Assembly: GCA_035541215.1 (NCBI GenBank)
Contig: DATKNV010000013.1
Span: 8,315-72,314, forward strand
Origin: Stellaceae bacterium
Lineage (GTDB): Bacteria; Pseudomonadota; Alphaproteobacteria; ATCC43930; CGMCC-115725
Direction of reading: 5' to 3'
DNA: 64,000 nucleotides
Part shown: piece after piece, positions 54,696-64,000 of the stretch
Layout: the number at the start of each line of letters is the position of its first letter
How positions within the stretch are numbered: position 1 is the first letter of the stretch
The notes under the pieces: generated by a model
Seen by the model: the letters and a program-made list of their open reading frames with translations, nothing else
What the model was told of the DNA's origin: nothing
The model's database searches: none
Program-made: the position numbers and the translations under genes

Positions 54696-56492
54696 ATGGC
54701 CGAGCGCTACGACCCCATCGCCTTCGAGCTTTTCAAGAACGCCATCTTCTCGATCGCCGACGAAATGGCGCTGACGGTCTTCCGCACGACCTATTCGGGC
54801 GTGCTCAAGGACAACATGGATTATTCCACGGGCTTCGCCGACGCCGAGGGGAAGCTCGTGGCGCAGGGACTGACGCTTCCGGGACATCTGGGCTCCGTGC
54901 CGACCGCGATGGAAGCGATCATGCGGCACTACCGCGATGACATGCGGCCCGGCGACGTCTTCATCATGAACGACCCCTTCGACGGCGGGATGCACCTCCC
55001 GGACATCTTCGTCTTCAAGCCGCTCTATCACGGCGAAGAGCGCATGGGCTTCGCCGCGACCGTTTGCCACCACACCGACGTCGGCGGCCGCGTCGCGGGC
55101 TCGAACGCCTCGGACTCCACCGAGATCTATGCCGAGGGCCTGCGCATCGCACCGCTCAAGCTCTACGAGGCGGGAAAGCTCAACAAGACCATCATGACCT
55201 TCATCGAGAAGAACGTGCGGCTTCCGGTGCAGGTCTTCGGCGATCTCCGCGCGCAGCTCGCGGCCTGCCACATCGCCGAGCGGCAATTCGCGGAGCTCGT
55301 CGCGAAGTATGGGCCCGCCCAGACCAAGTTCTTCATGCAGGAGACGGTCGACTACGCCGAGCGCCTGACGCGAGCGGCGCTCCGCAACCTCCCGGACGGA
55401 GAATGGAGCTTCGAGGACTGGATCGATGACGACGGCATCGACTACGGCAGGCCCATCCGGCTCTTCGTCACGATCAAGAAGCGCGGCGACGGCATGATCG
55501 TGGACTGGACCGGCACCGCGCCGCAGGTGAAGGGCGCCATCAACAACACGCTCTCCTACACCAAGGCCGCCTCTTACACCGGCGTGCGCTCGGTGCTGCC
55601 GCCGGGAATTCCCAACAACGAGGGTGTCTTCCGCGCGATCGAGGTGATCTGCCCGCCCGGGACAGTCGGGAACGGCGTGCTGCCCGCGGCCTGCGCCGCG
55701 CGCGGGCTCACGGGCTTCCGCATGACCGACTGCATGTTCGGCGCGCTCGCGATGATGCTGCCCGAGAAGGTGAAAGCGGCGGGGGACGGCGGCAATTCCG
55801 GCGTCTCCATCGGCGGCTACTACAGGGACCGCCGCCCCTTCATCTTCGTCGATTTCATCTGCGGGGCCTGGGGCGCGCGTCCCTTCGCTGACGGACTCGA
55901 CGGCAACTCCCACATGTTCGCGAACATGGCCGCGCCCTCGGTCGAGGTGCTGGAGGCCGAGCATCCGATCCAGCTCCTCGCCTACGAATACGTCGCGGAC
56001 AAGGCCGGCGCGGGCAAGTATCGCGGCGGCGTCCCCTTCCGCCGGGATTACCGCTTCCTCGAGGAGGAGGCGACGCTCCAGGTGCGCACCGACCGCAGGG
56101 ATCACCGCCCCTTCGGCCTCTATGGCGGCAGCCCGGGCCGGCCCTCCGAGAACTATCTCAATCCCGCGGGCGAGAACCGCACGCTCCCGAGCAAGCCCAC
56201 GATGATCATCCGGCGCGGGGACGTGTTCCGGCACGTCCTCGCCGGCGGCGGCGGCTGGGGCGATCCGCTGGAGCGCGATCCCCTGGCAGTGCTGAAGGAC
56301 GTCCGCAACGAGCTGCTCTCGCCCGCGAAAGCGCTCGCGGATTACGGCGTCGCGATCGACCTCGCGGAGTGGAAGGTCGATGCCGAGGAGACCCGGCGCC
56401 GGCGCGAGGAGATGCGCCGCGTCCGCGGCTGGCGCGAGGTGCCGAAGGTGCAGTGGCACGATCCCGCCATGCTCGCACGCGCCGCGGAGTGA
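54696..56492 (+). CDS. hydantoinase B / oxoprolinase family protein
   Basis: N-terminus DPIAFELFKNAIFSIADEM...RT..S..... and ~600 aa length are typical of HyuB-type subunits. Confidence 0.9.
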   Translation: MAERYDPIAFELFKNAIFSIADEMALTVFRTTYSGVLKDNMDYSTGFADAEGKLVAQGLTLPGHLGSVPTAMEAIMRHYRDDMRPGDVFIMNDPFDGGMHLPDIFVFKPLYHGEERMGFAATVCHHTDVGGRVAGSNASDSTEIYAEGLRIAPLKLYEAGKLNKTIMTFIEKNVRLPVQVFGDLRAQLAACHIAERQFAELVAKYGPAQTKFFMQETVDYAERLTRAALRNLPDGEWSFEDWIDDDGIDYGRPIRLFVTIKKRGDGMIVDWTGTAPQVKGAINNTLSYTKAASYTGVRSVLPPGIPNNEGVFRAIEVICPPGTVGNGVLPAACAARGLTGFRMTDCMFGALAMMLPEKVKAAGDGGNSGVSIGGYYRDRRPFIFVDFICGAWGARPFADGLDGNSHMFANMAAPSVEVLEAEHPIQLLAYEYVADKAGAGKYRGGVPFRRDYRFLEEEATLQVRTDRRDHRPFGLYGGSPGRPSENYLNPAGENRTLPSKPTMIIRRGDVFRHVLAGGGGWGDPLERDPLAVLKDVRNELLSPAKALADYGVAIDLAEWKVDAEETRRRREEMRRVRGWREVPKVQWHDPAMLARAAE

Positions 56493-56496
56493 GGGC

Positions 56497-58584
56497 ATGA
56501 CGGACTACCGCGTCGGCGTCGACATCGGCGGCACCTTCACCGACATCGTGCTTCTGGGCTCCGACGGCAGCATCCACACCAAGAAGATCTCCTCGAGCGT
56601 CGACAATTACGCGCGCGCGATCGTCGAGGGGCTCCGCGAGGTCTTCGCGGAGACCGGGATCGAGGCTCGCGCCCTCTCGGAAATCCGGCACGGCACCACC
56701 GTCGCCTCGAACGCGATCCTCGAGCACAAGGGCGCGCGGGTGGGACTGATCACGACCAAGGGCTTCCGCGACGTGCTGGAGATCCGCACGCTCCGGATGC
56801 CGCGGCTCTACGATATCGGCTGGATGAAGCCGCCGCCGCTGGTCGAGCGCTATCTTCGCCAGGTCGTGGACGAGCGCGTCGATGCCGCGGGCAAGATCGA
56901 GCGCGCGCTCGATCCGGCGGATGCCGAGCGCGCGGTCGAGGCGCTGCTGCGCGAGAAGGTCGAGGCGATCGCGATCTGCCTTCTCAACTCCTACGCCAAT
57001 CCCGCGCACGAGCGCGCCATCGCCGAGATCGTCAGGCGCAAGTCGCCTGCCATGACCCTCAGCGTCTCCTGCGAGGTGCTGCCGGAAATCCGGGAGTACG
57101 AGCGCACCTCCACGACCGTGATCAACGCCTACGTCATGCCGATCGTCGCGCGCTATCTGCGGGCGCTGCGCGCGGATCTCGACCGGGCCGGCGTCACCGC
57201 GCGGCTTCTGCTCATGCAATCGAACGGCGGGCTCACCACGGATGCCGCGGCGGCAGAGCGTCCCATGCACATCATCGAGTCCGGTCCGGCCGCGGGCGTG
57301 ATCGGGGCGCAGGCGCTGGCGCGGGCGAAAGAGCTCCCGAAGATCATCACCTTCGACATGGGCGGCACCACCGCCAAGGCCGCGATCGTCGAGGGCGGCG
57401 AGGTCGCGCGCGCCGCGGAATACGCCGTTGGCGCCGGCATCGTCATCGGCTCGCGCCTGCTAACGGGTGCGGGCTACACGCTCAAGGTGCCCGCGATCGA
57501 CTTGGCGGAGGTCGGCGCCGGCGGCGGCTCGCTGGTCTGGATCGACGCCGGCGGCTCGCTCCAGATCGGGCCCGAGAGCGCGGGCGCCTCTCCGGGGCCC
57601 GTTTGCTACGACTTTGGCGGCACGACGCCCACGATCACCGACGCCAATCTCATCCTGGGCTACCTGAACCCGCGCTACCTCGTGGGCGGCGCGCTCGCCC
57701 TCAATGCGGAGAAGGCGAAGCGGGCCTTCGAGGAGAAGATCGCGCGGCCCCTCGGAATGCCGCTCGAGGCAGCCGCCTTGGGCGCGCACGAGATTGCGGC
57801 CTCCAACATGATCCGCGCGATCCGCGCGGTCTCGACCGAGCGCGGGCGCGATCCCCGGGAGTTCGCGCTCTTTGCCTTCGGCGGCAACGGGCCGCTCTTC
57901 GCCTGCGGCATGGCCCGCGCCCTCGGCATCCGCCGCATCGTGGTCCCGCCGGCGGCCGGGCTCTTCTCGTCCTTCGGCCTTCTCTACGCGGGCGTGGAGC
58001 ATCACCTCTCGCGCACCTTCCGCCGGCTTCTGCGCGGCGCCGATCTCCGCGAGATCGATCGCGCCTGGACCGCGCTCGCGGAGGAGGCACGGGCGCAGCT
58101 CGCGAGCGAGGGCTTCGCACCCGGCCGCATGCGCGTCGTCCGCTCCGCGGCGCTCCACTATCGCGGCCAGAGCTACGAGCTCACCGTGCCGGTTCCCGAC
58201 GGCCCCATCGACGCCGCCATGGTCGCGCATCTCGAGGCCGCCTTTGGCGCCGAGCACGAGCGGACTTACGGCCATCGCGCCGGTCCCGACGAGCCCGTCG
58301 AGCTCGTCTCGATCCAGGTCGTGGGACATGGCTTGCGCGAGGGCGCGGGCGTTCCCGAGCGCGTGCGCTCGAGCCGCGCCGAGCCCGAGCCGCCACCGCC
58401 CCGCCCGGCCTATTTCGGCCGCGAGCACGGCTGGGTCGAGACGCCCGTCCTCCGCCGCTCGGACCTGCGCATGCCGAGGTCCGGTCCCCTCATCATCGAG
58501 GAGTACGACTCTACCTGCCTCATCGCCCCTGGCACCGCCGCAAGCCTCGACAGCGGCGGCAATATCGCGATCGAGCTGGGCTAG
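56497..58584 (+). CDS. hydantoinase A / oxoprolinase family protein
   Basis: MTDYRVGVDIGGTFTD N-terminus and FDMGGTT motif. ATG at 56497, 2 nt after the subunit B stop. Confidence 0.9.
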   Translation: MTDYRVGVDIGGTFTDIVLLGSDGSIHTKKISSSVDNYARAIVEGLREVFAETGIEARALSEIRHGTTVASNAILEHKGARVGLITTKGFRDVLEIRTLRMPRLYDIGWMKPPPLVERYLRQVVDERVDAAGKIERALDPADAERAVEALLREKVEAIAICLLNSYANPAHERAIAEIVRRKSPAMTLSVSCEVLPEIREYERTSTTVINAYVMPIVARYLRALRADLDRAGVTARLLLMQSNGGLTTDAAAAERPMHIIESGPAAGVIGAQALARAKELPKIITFDMGGTTAKAAIVEGGEVARAAEYAVGAGIVIGSRLLTGAGYTLKVPAIDLAEVGAGGGSLVWIDAGGSLQIGPESAGASPGPVCYDFGGTTPTITDANLILGYLNPRYLVGGALALNAEKAKRAFEEKIARPLGMPLEAAALGAHEIAASNMIRAIRAVSTERGRDPREFALFAFGGNGPLFACGMARALGIRRIVVPPAAGLFSSFGLLYAGVEHHLSRTFRRLLRGADLREIDRAWTALAEEARAQLASEGFAPGRMRVVRSAALHYRGQSYELTVPVPDGPIDAAMVAHLEAAFGAEHERTYGHRAGPDEPVELVSIQVVGHGLREGAGVPERVRSSRAEPEPPPPRPAYFGREHGWVETPVLRRSDLRMPRSGPLIIEEYDSTCLIAPGTAASLDSGGNIAIELG

Positions 58585-58666
58585 CGCGGCGACGGGATGG
58601 TTGCCAGGCCCATACGGTGGCAGTATGTGCTGAGGGCGTCAGTGTGCGGTTCATAAGGGAAAGTCC

Positions 58667-60754
58667 ATGAGCGTCGAGTATTCGCAGCAGGGCTCCGTCG
58701 CCATCCTCACCGTCGACAATCCGCCGGTGAACGCGCTCAGCACCGCCGTGCGCCAGGGATTGGTGGATGGGGTCGCGCGTGCGATTGCGGATACGGGGGT
58801 GACGGCGATCGTCGTCATCGGCAAGGGCAAGACCTTCATCGCTGGTGCCGACATCCGCGAGTTCGGGAAGCCGCCGCAGCCGCCGCGCCTCACCGCGGCG
58901 ATAGCCGCTCTGGAGTCGAGCCCGAAGCCCGTGATCGCCGCGATCGACGGCGTGGCCCTGGGCGGCGGCCTCGAAGTGGCGCTGGGCTGCCATTTCCGGA
59001 TCGCGACGCCCCGGGCGCAGATGGGCCTTCCGGAGGTGCGGATCGGCATCGTCCCCGGTGCCGGCGGGGTCGAGCGGCTGCCGCGCCTCATCGGGATCGC
59101 GCCCGCGCTCAAGATGATCGTCTCGGGCGATCCCATGCGCGCCGCGCGCGCGGCGGAGCTCGGCATCGTGGACACCGTCATCGAAGGCGATCTCCTGGAG
59201 GAAGCCGTCACCTTCGCCGACCGAGCCGTGCGCCGGCAATTACCGCTGCGGCGGCTGAGCCATGTGCCGCTCAACACGAACAACGGCGAGTGGCGGAAGC
59301 TCCTCGCGGACGCCCGCGCGACAGCGGCGAGGCAGAACCGCGGCCAGATCTCGCCGCAGAAGGCGATCGACTGCCTCGAGAACGCGATCACCCTCCCCTT
59401 CGACGAGGCGCTCGCGGCGACCGTCAAGATCATCGGCGAGCTCATTCCCTCGGAGCAGGCGAAGGCGCTCCGCTATGCCTTCTTCTCCGAGCGCGAGGCA
59501 GCGAAGGTCCCGGACATCGATCAGAGCGTCGCCGCTCGCCCCATCGCGAGCGCCGCCGTCATCGGCGCGGGCACCATGGGCGCGGGCATCGCCATGTGCT
59601 TCGCCGATGTCGGCATTCCCGTGCGCGTTCTCGAGAGCTCGCCCGAGGCGCTCGACAAGGGTCTCGCGCGCATCGACGCGCTCTACGAGGAGATGGTGCA
59701 GAAGGGCCGCATCGACGCGGACACCAAGGCGAAGCGCCTCTCCTTCATCGGCAAGGCGCCCGATTACTCCATCCTCGCCGAGGCCGACATCGTGATCGAG
59801 GCGGCATTCGAGGAGATGGGCGTGAAGCGCGACGTCTTCGCGAAGCTCGACGCCCACTGCAAGCCCGAGGCCATCCTCGCCACCAACACCTCCTCGCTCG
59901 ACGTGAACGAGATCGCGAGCGCGACGAAGCGCCCGGAGAGTGTGATCGGCCTCCACTTCTTCAGCCCCGCGAACGTCATGCGCCTTCTCGAGATCGTCCG
60001 CGGCACGGAGAGCGCCAAGGACGTGGTCGCGACCTCGCAATGGCTCGCAAAGCGCATCGGCAAGGTCGGCGTCGTCTGCGGCGTCTGTCACGGCTTCGTC
60101 GCCAACCGCAGCCGCGGCGCGATGACGCGCGAGGCATCCTTCCTGGTCGACGAGGGCGCCTCGCCGCAGCAGGTGGACAAGGTGCTCTACGACTTCGGCA
60201 TGCCCATGGGACCCTTCGCGGTCGCGGACCTCGCGGGGATCGACGTGGGCTGGCGCGTGCGCCGCTCGCTCGATGCGACGCGGCCCAAGGGCCAGCGCTA
60301 CTCGCCCACCGCCGACCGGCTCTACGAGCTCGGCCGCTACGGGCAGAAGACCGGCAAGGGCTGGTACCGCTACGAGGCCGGGAGCCGCACCCCGCTCCCC
60401 GATCCCGAGGTCGACGCGGTGATCCTGCAATCCGCGCGCGATCAGGGCATCACGCGCCGGCCCGTCTCCGATGAGGAAATCCTCGCGCGCTGCATCTATG
60501 CCGCCGTGAACGAGGGCGCCAAGATCCTCGAGGAGGGGATCGCGCTCCGCGCCAGCGACATCGACGTGATGTGGCTTTACGGCTTCGGCTTCCCGCGCTG
60601 GCGCGGCGGGCCGATGTTCTATGCGGACAGCGTGGGCCTCGCGAAGGTCCACGAGGCGGTCCAGGGATTCCACCGGGAGCACGGCGTGCTCTGGACGCCG
60701 GCGCCGCTGCTGCAACGCCTCGCCGAGAGCGGCGGGAGCTTCACCGGCCGCTGA
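58667..60754 (+). CDS. bifunctional enoyl-CoA hydratase / 3-hydroxyacyl-CoA dehydrogenase (FadB/FadJ-like)
   Basis: Crotonase N-terminal half (NPPVNAL...GADI.EF...AAIDG.ALGGGLE) plus the NAD motif [13 protein letters not shown]. Confidence 0.9.
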   Translation: MSVEYSQQGSVAILTVDNPPVNALSTAVRQGLVDGVARAIADTGVTAIVVIGKGKTFIAGADIREFGKPPQPPRLTAAIAALESSPKPVIAAIDGVALGGGLEVALGCHFRIATPRAQMGLPEVRIGIVPGAGGVERLPRLIGIAPALKMIVSGDPMRAARAAELGIVDTVIEGDLLEEAVTFADRAVRRQLPLRRLSHVPLNTNNGEWRKLLADARATAARQNRGQISPQKAIDCLENAITLPFDEALAATVKIIGELIPSEQAKALRYAFFSEREAAKVPDIDQSVAARPIASAAVIGAGTMGAGIAMCFADVGIPVRVLESSPEALDKGLARIDALYEEMVQKGRIDADTKAKRLSFIGKAPDYSILAEADIVIEAAFEEMGVKRDVFAKLDAHCKPEAILATNTSSLDVNEIASATKRPESVIGLHFFSPANVMRLLEIVRGTESAKDVVATSQWLAKRIGKVGVVCGVCHGFVANRSRGAMTREASFLVDEGASPQQVDKVLYDFGMPMGPFAVADLAGIDVGWRVRRSLDATRPKGQRYSPTADRLYELGRYGQKTGKGWYRYEAGSRTPLPDPEVDAVILQSARDQGITRRPVSDEEILARCIYAAVNEGAKILEEGIALRASDIDVMWLYGFGFPRWRGGPMFYADSVGLAKVHEAVQGFHREHGVLWTPAPLLQRLAESGGSFTGR

Positions 60755-60785
60755 ACGGCCGCTTCGGACCAGGGGAGGACCGTCC

Positions 60786-61985
60786 ATGGATCTTCGCTTC
60801 ACACCGGAGGAGACTGCCTTCCGCGCGGAGATACGCGCCTTCTTCCGCTCGGCGCTCCCCGAGCCGATCCGGCGCAAGATGGTCGAGGGGCGGCATCTCG
60901 CCAAGGCCGACATCGTGACCTGGCAGCGCATCCTCAACGCCAAGGGTTGGGCGGTGCCGCACTGGCCGGTCGAGTGGGGCGGCACGGGCTGGACCCCGGT
61001 GCAGCACTACATCTTCAGCGAGGAGATGCAGCAGACACCGGCGCCGCAGACCCTCGCCTTCGGGACGCACATGGTGGGCCCCGTCATCATCGCCTTCGGC
61101 AACGAGGAGCAGAAGCGGCACTACCTCCCGCGCATCCGCAACATCGATGACTGGTGGTGCCAGGGCTTCTCCGAGCCCGGCTCCGGCTCCGATCTCGCCT
61201 CGCTCAAGACCAGCGCCAAGCGCCAAGGCGATCACTATGTCGTCAACGGGCAGAAGACCTGGACTACCCTCGCGCAGCACGCGGACATGATGTTCTGCCT
61301 CGTGCGCACCGATCCCGCCGCGAAGAAGCAGGAGGGCATCTCCTTCCTCCTCATGGACATGAAGAGCCCCGGCATCACCGTGCGCCCCATCACCACCATC
61401 GACGGCAGCGCCGAGGTGAACGAGGTCTTCTTCGACGACGTAAAGGTGCCGGTCGCAAATCGCGTCGGCGACGAGAACAAGGGCTGGGACTACGCGAAGT
61501 ATCTGCTCGGGCACGAGCGCACGAGCATCGCGCGCGTCGGCGTCTCCAAGGAGCGCATCCGGCGCCTCAAGGAGCTCGCGGCGCTGGAGCCCGCGGGCGG
61601 CGGCGGGCGCATGATCGACGATCAGCGCTTCCGCGAGCGCATTGCCGAGGTCGAGATCGAGCTCAAGGCACTGGAGATGACGCAGCTCCGCGTGGTCGCC
61701 GCCGAGCGCCACGGCCGCTCGAAGAAGCCCGACCCCGCCTCCTCGATCCTCAAGATCAAGGGCTCCGAGATTCAGCAGGCGATCTCGACCCTCCTCATGG
61801 AGGTCGTCGGTCCCTATGCGATGCCCTACCGGCCAGACATCGAGGGCGTGAACGAGCCGCCGGTCGGCCCGGACTACGCGGGCCCGCTCGCCCCCACCTA
61901 TTTCAACTGGCGCAAGATCTCGATCTATGGCGGCTCCAACGAGATCCAGCGGAACATCATCTCCAAGGCGATCCTGGGGCTCTGA
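60786..61985 (+). CDS. acyl-CoA dehydrogenase
   Basis: FSEPGSGSDLASL, WTT.A..AD and GGSNEIQRNII motifs. Confidence 0.9.
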   Translation: MDLRFTPEETAFRAEIRAFFRSALPEPIRRKMVEGRHLAKADIVTWQRILNAKGWAVPHWPVEWGGTGWTPVQHYIFSEEMQQTPAPQTLAFGTHMVGPVIIAFGNEEQKRHYLPRIRNIDDWWCQGFSEPGSGSDLASLKTSAKRQGDHYVVNGQKTWTTLAQHADMMFCLVRTDPAAKKQEGISFLLMDMKSPGITVRPITTIDGSAEVNEVFFDDVKVPVANRVGDENKGWDYAKYLLGHERTSIARVGVSKERIRRLKELAALEPAGGGGRMIDDQRFRERIAEVEIELKALEMTQLRVVAAERHGRSKKPDPASSILKIKGSEIQQAISTLLMEVVGPYAMPYRPDIEGVNEPPVGPDYAGPLAPTYFNWRKISIYGGSNEIQRNIISKAILGL

Positions 61986-61990
61986 CGCAG

Positions 61991-63142
61991 ATGGATTTCG
62001 ATCTCAGCGAGGAGCAGCGGCTGCTCCAGGAATCCGTCGGCAAGCTCATCGCGGACGAATACGAATTCGAGAAGCGCAAGGCATATGCGAAAGAGCCCGC
62101 GGGCTACAGCGCCGCGCGCTGGGCGCAATTCGCGGAGCTGGGATTGCTGGGCATCCCCTTCCCCGAAACCCTCGGCGGGAGCGGCGGCTCCGCGGTCGAG
62201 ACCATGATCGTGATGGAGGCCTTCGGCCGCGGCCTCGTGCTCGAGCCCTATCTCGCGACGGTCGTGCTCGCCGGCGGCATCCTCCGCCGCGCCGGCAGCG
62301 CCGGGCAGCAGCGCGAGCTCATTCCCTCGGTGATCGCCGGGAAGCTCCGCCTCGCCCTCGCTCACGGCGAGCGGCAGGCGCGCTACGACCTCGCGGATGT
62401 CGCGACCTCCGCGCGCTCCGCGGGCGAGAGCTGGGTGCTCAGCGGCCGCAAGGCCGTGGTGATCCACGGCGACAGCGCGGACCGGCTCATCGTCTCCGCG
62501 CGCACGGCCGGCGATCAGCGCGACAAGGTTGGCATCAGCCTATTCCTCGTCGACGCCAAGGCGCCGGGCCTGACGGTGCAGGGCTATCCGACGGTGGACG
62601 GGCTTCGCGCGGCGGAGATCCAGCTCGAGAACGTGAAGGTGGGGCCGGATGCGCTGATCGGCGAGCGCGATCGCGGCCTCGCGATCGTCGAGCAAGCGGT
62701 CGATGCGGGGATCGCGGGACTCGCGGCCGAGGCCGTCGGCGCCATGACCGCGATGCACGAGATCACGGTCGACTACCTCAAGACGCGCAAGCAGTTCGGC
62801 GTCGCCATCGGCTCCTTCCAGGCCTTGCAGCACCGCGCGGTCGACATGCTCGTCTCCCTGGAGCAGGCACGCAGCATGGCCTATCTCGCGACCATGATGG
62901 CCGAGGAGCCCGATACGGCCGAGCGACGCCGCGCGATCTCCGCGGCCAAGGTCCAGATCGGCCGCTCCGCGCGCTTCGTCGGGCAGCAATCGATCCAGCT
63001 CCACGGCGGCATCGGCATGACCATGGAGTACAAGATCGGCCACTACTTCAAGCGCGTGAGCATGATCGACATGCTCTTCGGCGACGCCGAGCATCACCTC
63101 AAGCTGGTGGCGGAAGCGGGCGGACTCGTCGATCCCCTCTGA
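61991..63142 (+). CDS. acyl-CoA dehydrogenase
   Basis: ACAD-like layout (MDFDLSEEQ...; FGV.IGSFQALQHR; LHGGIGMT.EY). Confidence 0.9.
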   Translation: MDFDLSEEQRLLQESVGKLIADEYEFEKRKAYAKEPAGYSAARWAQFAELGLLGIPFPETLGGSGGSAVETMIVMEAFGRGLVLEPYLATVVLAGGILRRAGSAGQQRELIPSVIAGKLRLALAHGERQARYDLADVATSARSAGESWVLSGRKAVVIHGDSADRLIVSARTAGDQRDKVGISLFLVDAKAPGLTVQGYPTVDGLRAAEIQLENVKVGPDALIGERDRGLAIVEQAVDAGIAGLAAEAVGAMTAMHEITVDYLKTRKQFGVAIGSFQALQHRAVDMLVSLEQARSMAYLATMMAEEPDTAERRRAISAAKVQIGRSARFVGQQSIQLHGGIGMTMEYKIGHYFKRVSMIDMLFGDAEHHLKLVAEAGGLVDPL

Positions 63143-63730
63143 TCAGCGGCCCGCGAACCTAGTGCAGGGCGCGGGCTTGTCGCCGAGGTGGCGGCCGGTG
63201 TAGCTGTCGATCACCTGATCGACGCAGCTGCCGTTCGAGAGCTGCACGCGCCGGATCACCTGGCTTCCGTCCTTTCTCACGTCGATCACGCGCTCGGGCT
63301 GGGCGGTGCCCGGCCTCGGCGGCGGGGTCTGCGCGAGCGCCGAGGGGATCCAGGCCGATCTCGCCGGCGCCTGAAAGAGCTTGTTCGTGATGATCCAGCG
63401 CGAGACTGCTTGGGTCGACGCATTGAGCGGCTTCACCGTCAGCAGGATGTCGCCGGAGGGACAGGTCAGGAGATCGATCGCGTAGGGCGTCTCGGATGGC
63501 GGCGTGACGTGGTCGATGCGCGCGAGGCAATCGAGATTTTGCTGCCACGCCGAATCCTGGTCCTGCAGCTCCGTGACGTTGCTGCCGAGCGGGATGCCCC
63601 GGACGAGCGCCCAGAACCATTGCTGATACTGCGGCACTGCGCCGACGATCGTCACCGCGAGCGTCGGATACATCAGGATCCATTGCCACCAGGGCCGTTT
63701 CGGCTTCGACGAGCGGGACGACGTTTTCAT
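63143..63730 (-). CDS. hypothetical membrane-anchored protein
   Basis: Basic N-terminus plus one TM helix (WWQWILMYPTLAVTIVGAV). Convergent with, and abutting, the ACAD stop. No family recognised. Confidence 0.5.
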   Translation of the reverse strand: MKTSSRSSKPKRPWWQWILMYPTLAVTIVGAVPQYQQWFWALVRGIPLGSNVTELQDQDSAWQQNLDCLARIDHVTPPSETPYAIDLLTCPSGDILLTVKPLNASTQAVSRWIITNKLFQAPARSAWIPSALAQTPPPRPGTAQPERVIDVRKDGSQVIRRVQLSNGSCVDQVIDSYTGRHLGDKPAPCTRFAGR

Positions 63731-64000
63731 GGCTCGACCCCGTGAGAGAGGAGACACGGCGCGCGGTCACCGATTCGAACACTATTCGCATGCCCTGCGG
63801 CATCGCAGCTGTGACTGCACTCACAAGGTCATGCGGCGGCCGGCATTCATTAATTCTACCCCAAGGCGGGCTGCCACAGCGGCCTCTTTTGTCGAGAGAG
63901 CGCGCGATATTTGCGGGGATTTCGCCCGCTACGCCGCGCATACCCATTTTTGCCACAGGCGTCTCAGGTCTCCGGACGGGCGAATTCGCGCCGCAACTCC

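Noticed and set aside
54462-56498. 678-aa ORF on the - strand
   Set aside because: Antisense to the hydantoinase B gene, which has unmistakable family sequence. No motifs in the antisense translation.
1-64000. Search by eye for rRNA, tRNA, CRISPR arrays, transposases/integrases, IS inverted repeats or prophage genes
   Set aside because: None recognised. No regularly spaced direct repeats, no DDE or tyrosine-recombinase-like ORFs, and no cloverleaf-like GC-rich short intergenic segments. A tRNAscan/Infernal run would be needed to be certain.

Overview
GC-rich, proteobacterial-looking chromosomal window. Long antisense shadow ORFs are common, so gene calls rest on recognisable protein motifs, RBS/start context and gene packing. 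By eye I found no rRNA, tRNA, CRISPR array, transposase or integrase. Five blocks: (1) 0.1-9.1 kb: a JmjC/cupin gene, a PEP-CTERM protein, and a lasso-peptide-like RiPP cassette (HprK-related kinase, B2-type protease, PqqD/RRE, nucleotidyltransferase, PRMT-like methyltransferase, ABC exporter). It has a candidate precursor ORF but no lasso cyclase in view. (2) 9.3-36.4 kb: a large Wzx/Wzy-type exopolysaccharide locus with many GT4/GT2/GT9 transferases, carbamoyl- and methyltransferases, Wzc/Wza-like export proteins, an outer-membrane barrel and a priming phosphotransferase. (3) 37.0-44.2 kb: a tightly coupled four-gene operon encoding a His-rich CobW_C protein, a TPR + class III cyclase, a Crp-like cNMP-binding/HTH + TPR + degenerate-cyclase protein, and a SLOG + double-SLATT membrane protein. 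(4) 44.3-49.2 kb, divergent from block 3: three tandem paralogous 78-aa Cys4 small-protein genes. TGTGA-N6-TCAC(A/G) Crp-type palindromes lie upstream of each (about 290 bp upstream for the third copy). They are followed by an ABC transporter, a GAF protein and a signal-less S8 subtilase. (5) 49.2-63.7 kb: ordinary metabolism (aldolase, dehydrogenase, opgH, hemolysin III, hydantoinase B/A, beta-oxidation genes). Blocks 3+4 together are my best candidate for an undescribed cyclic-nucleotide-wired system. The cyclase-less lasso-like cassette is second.
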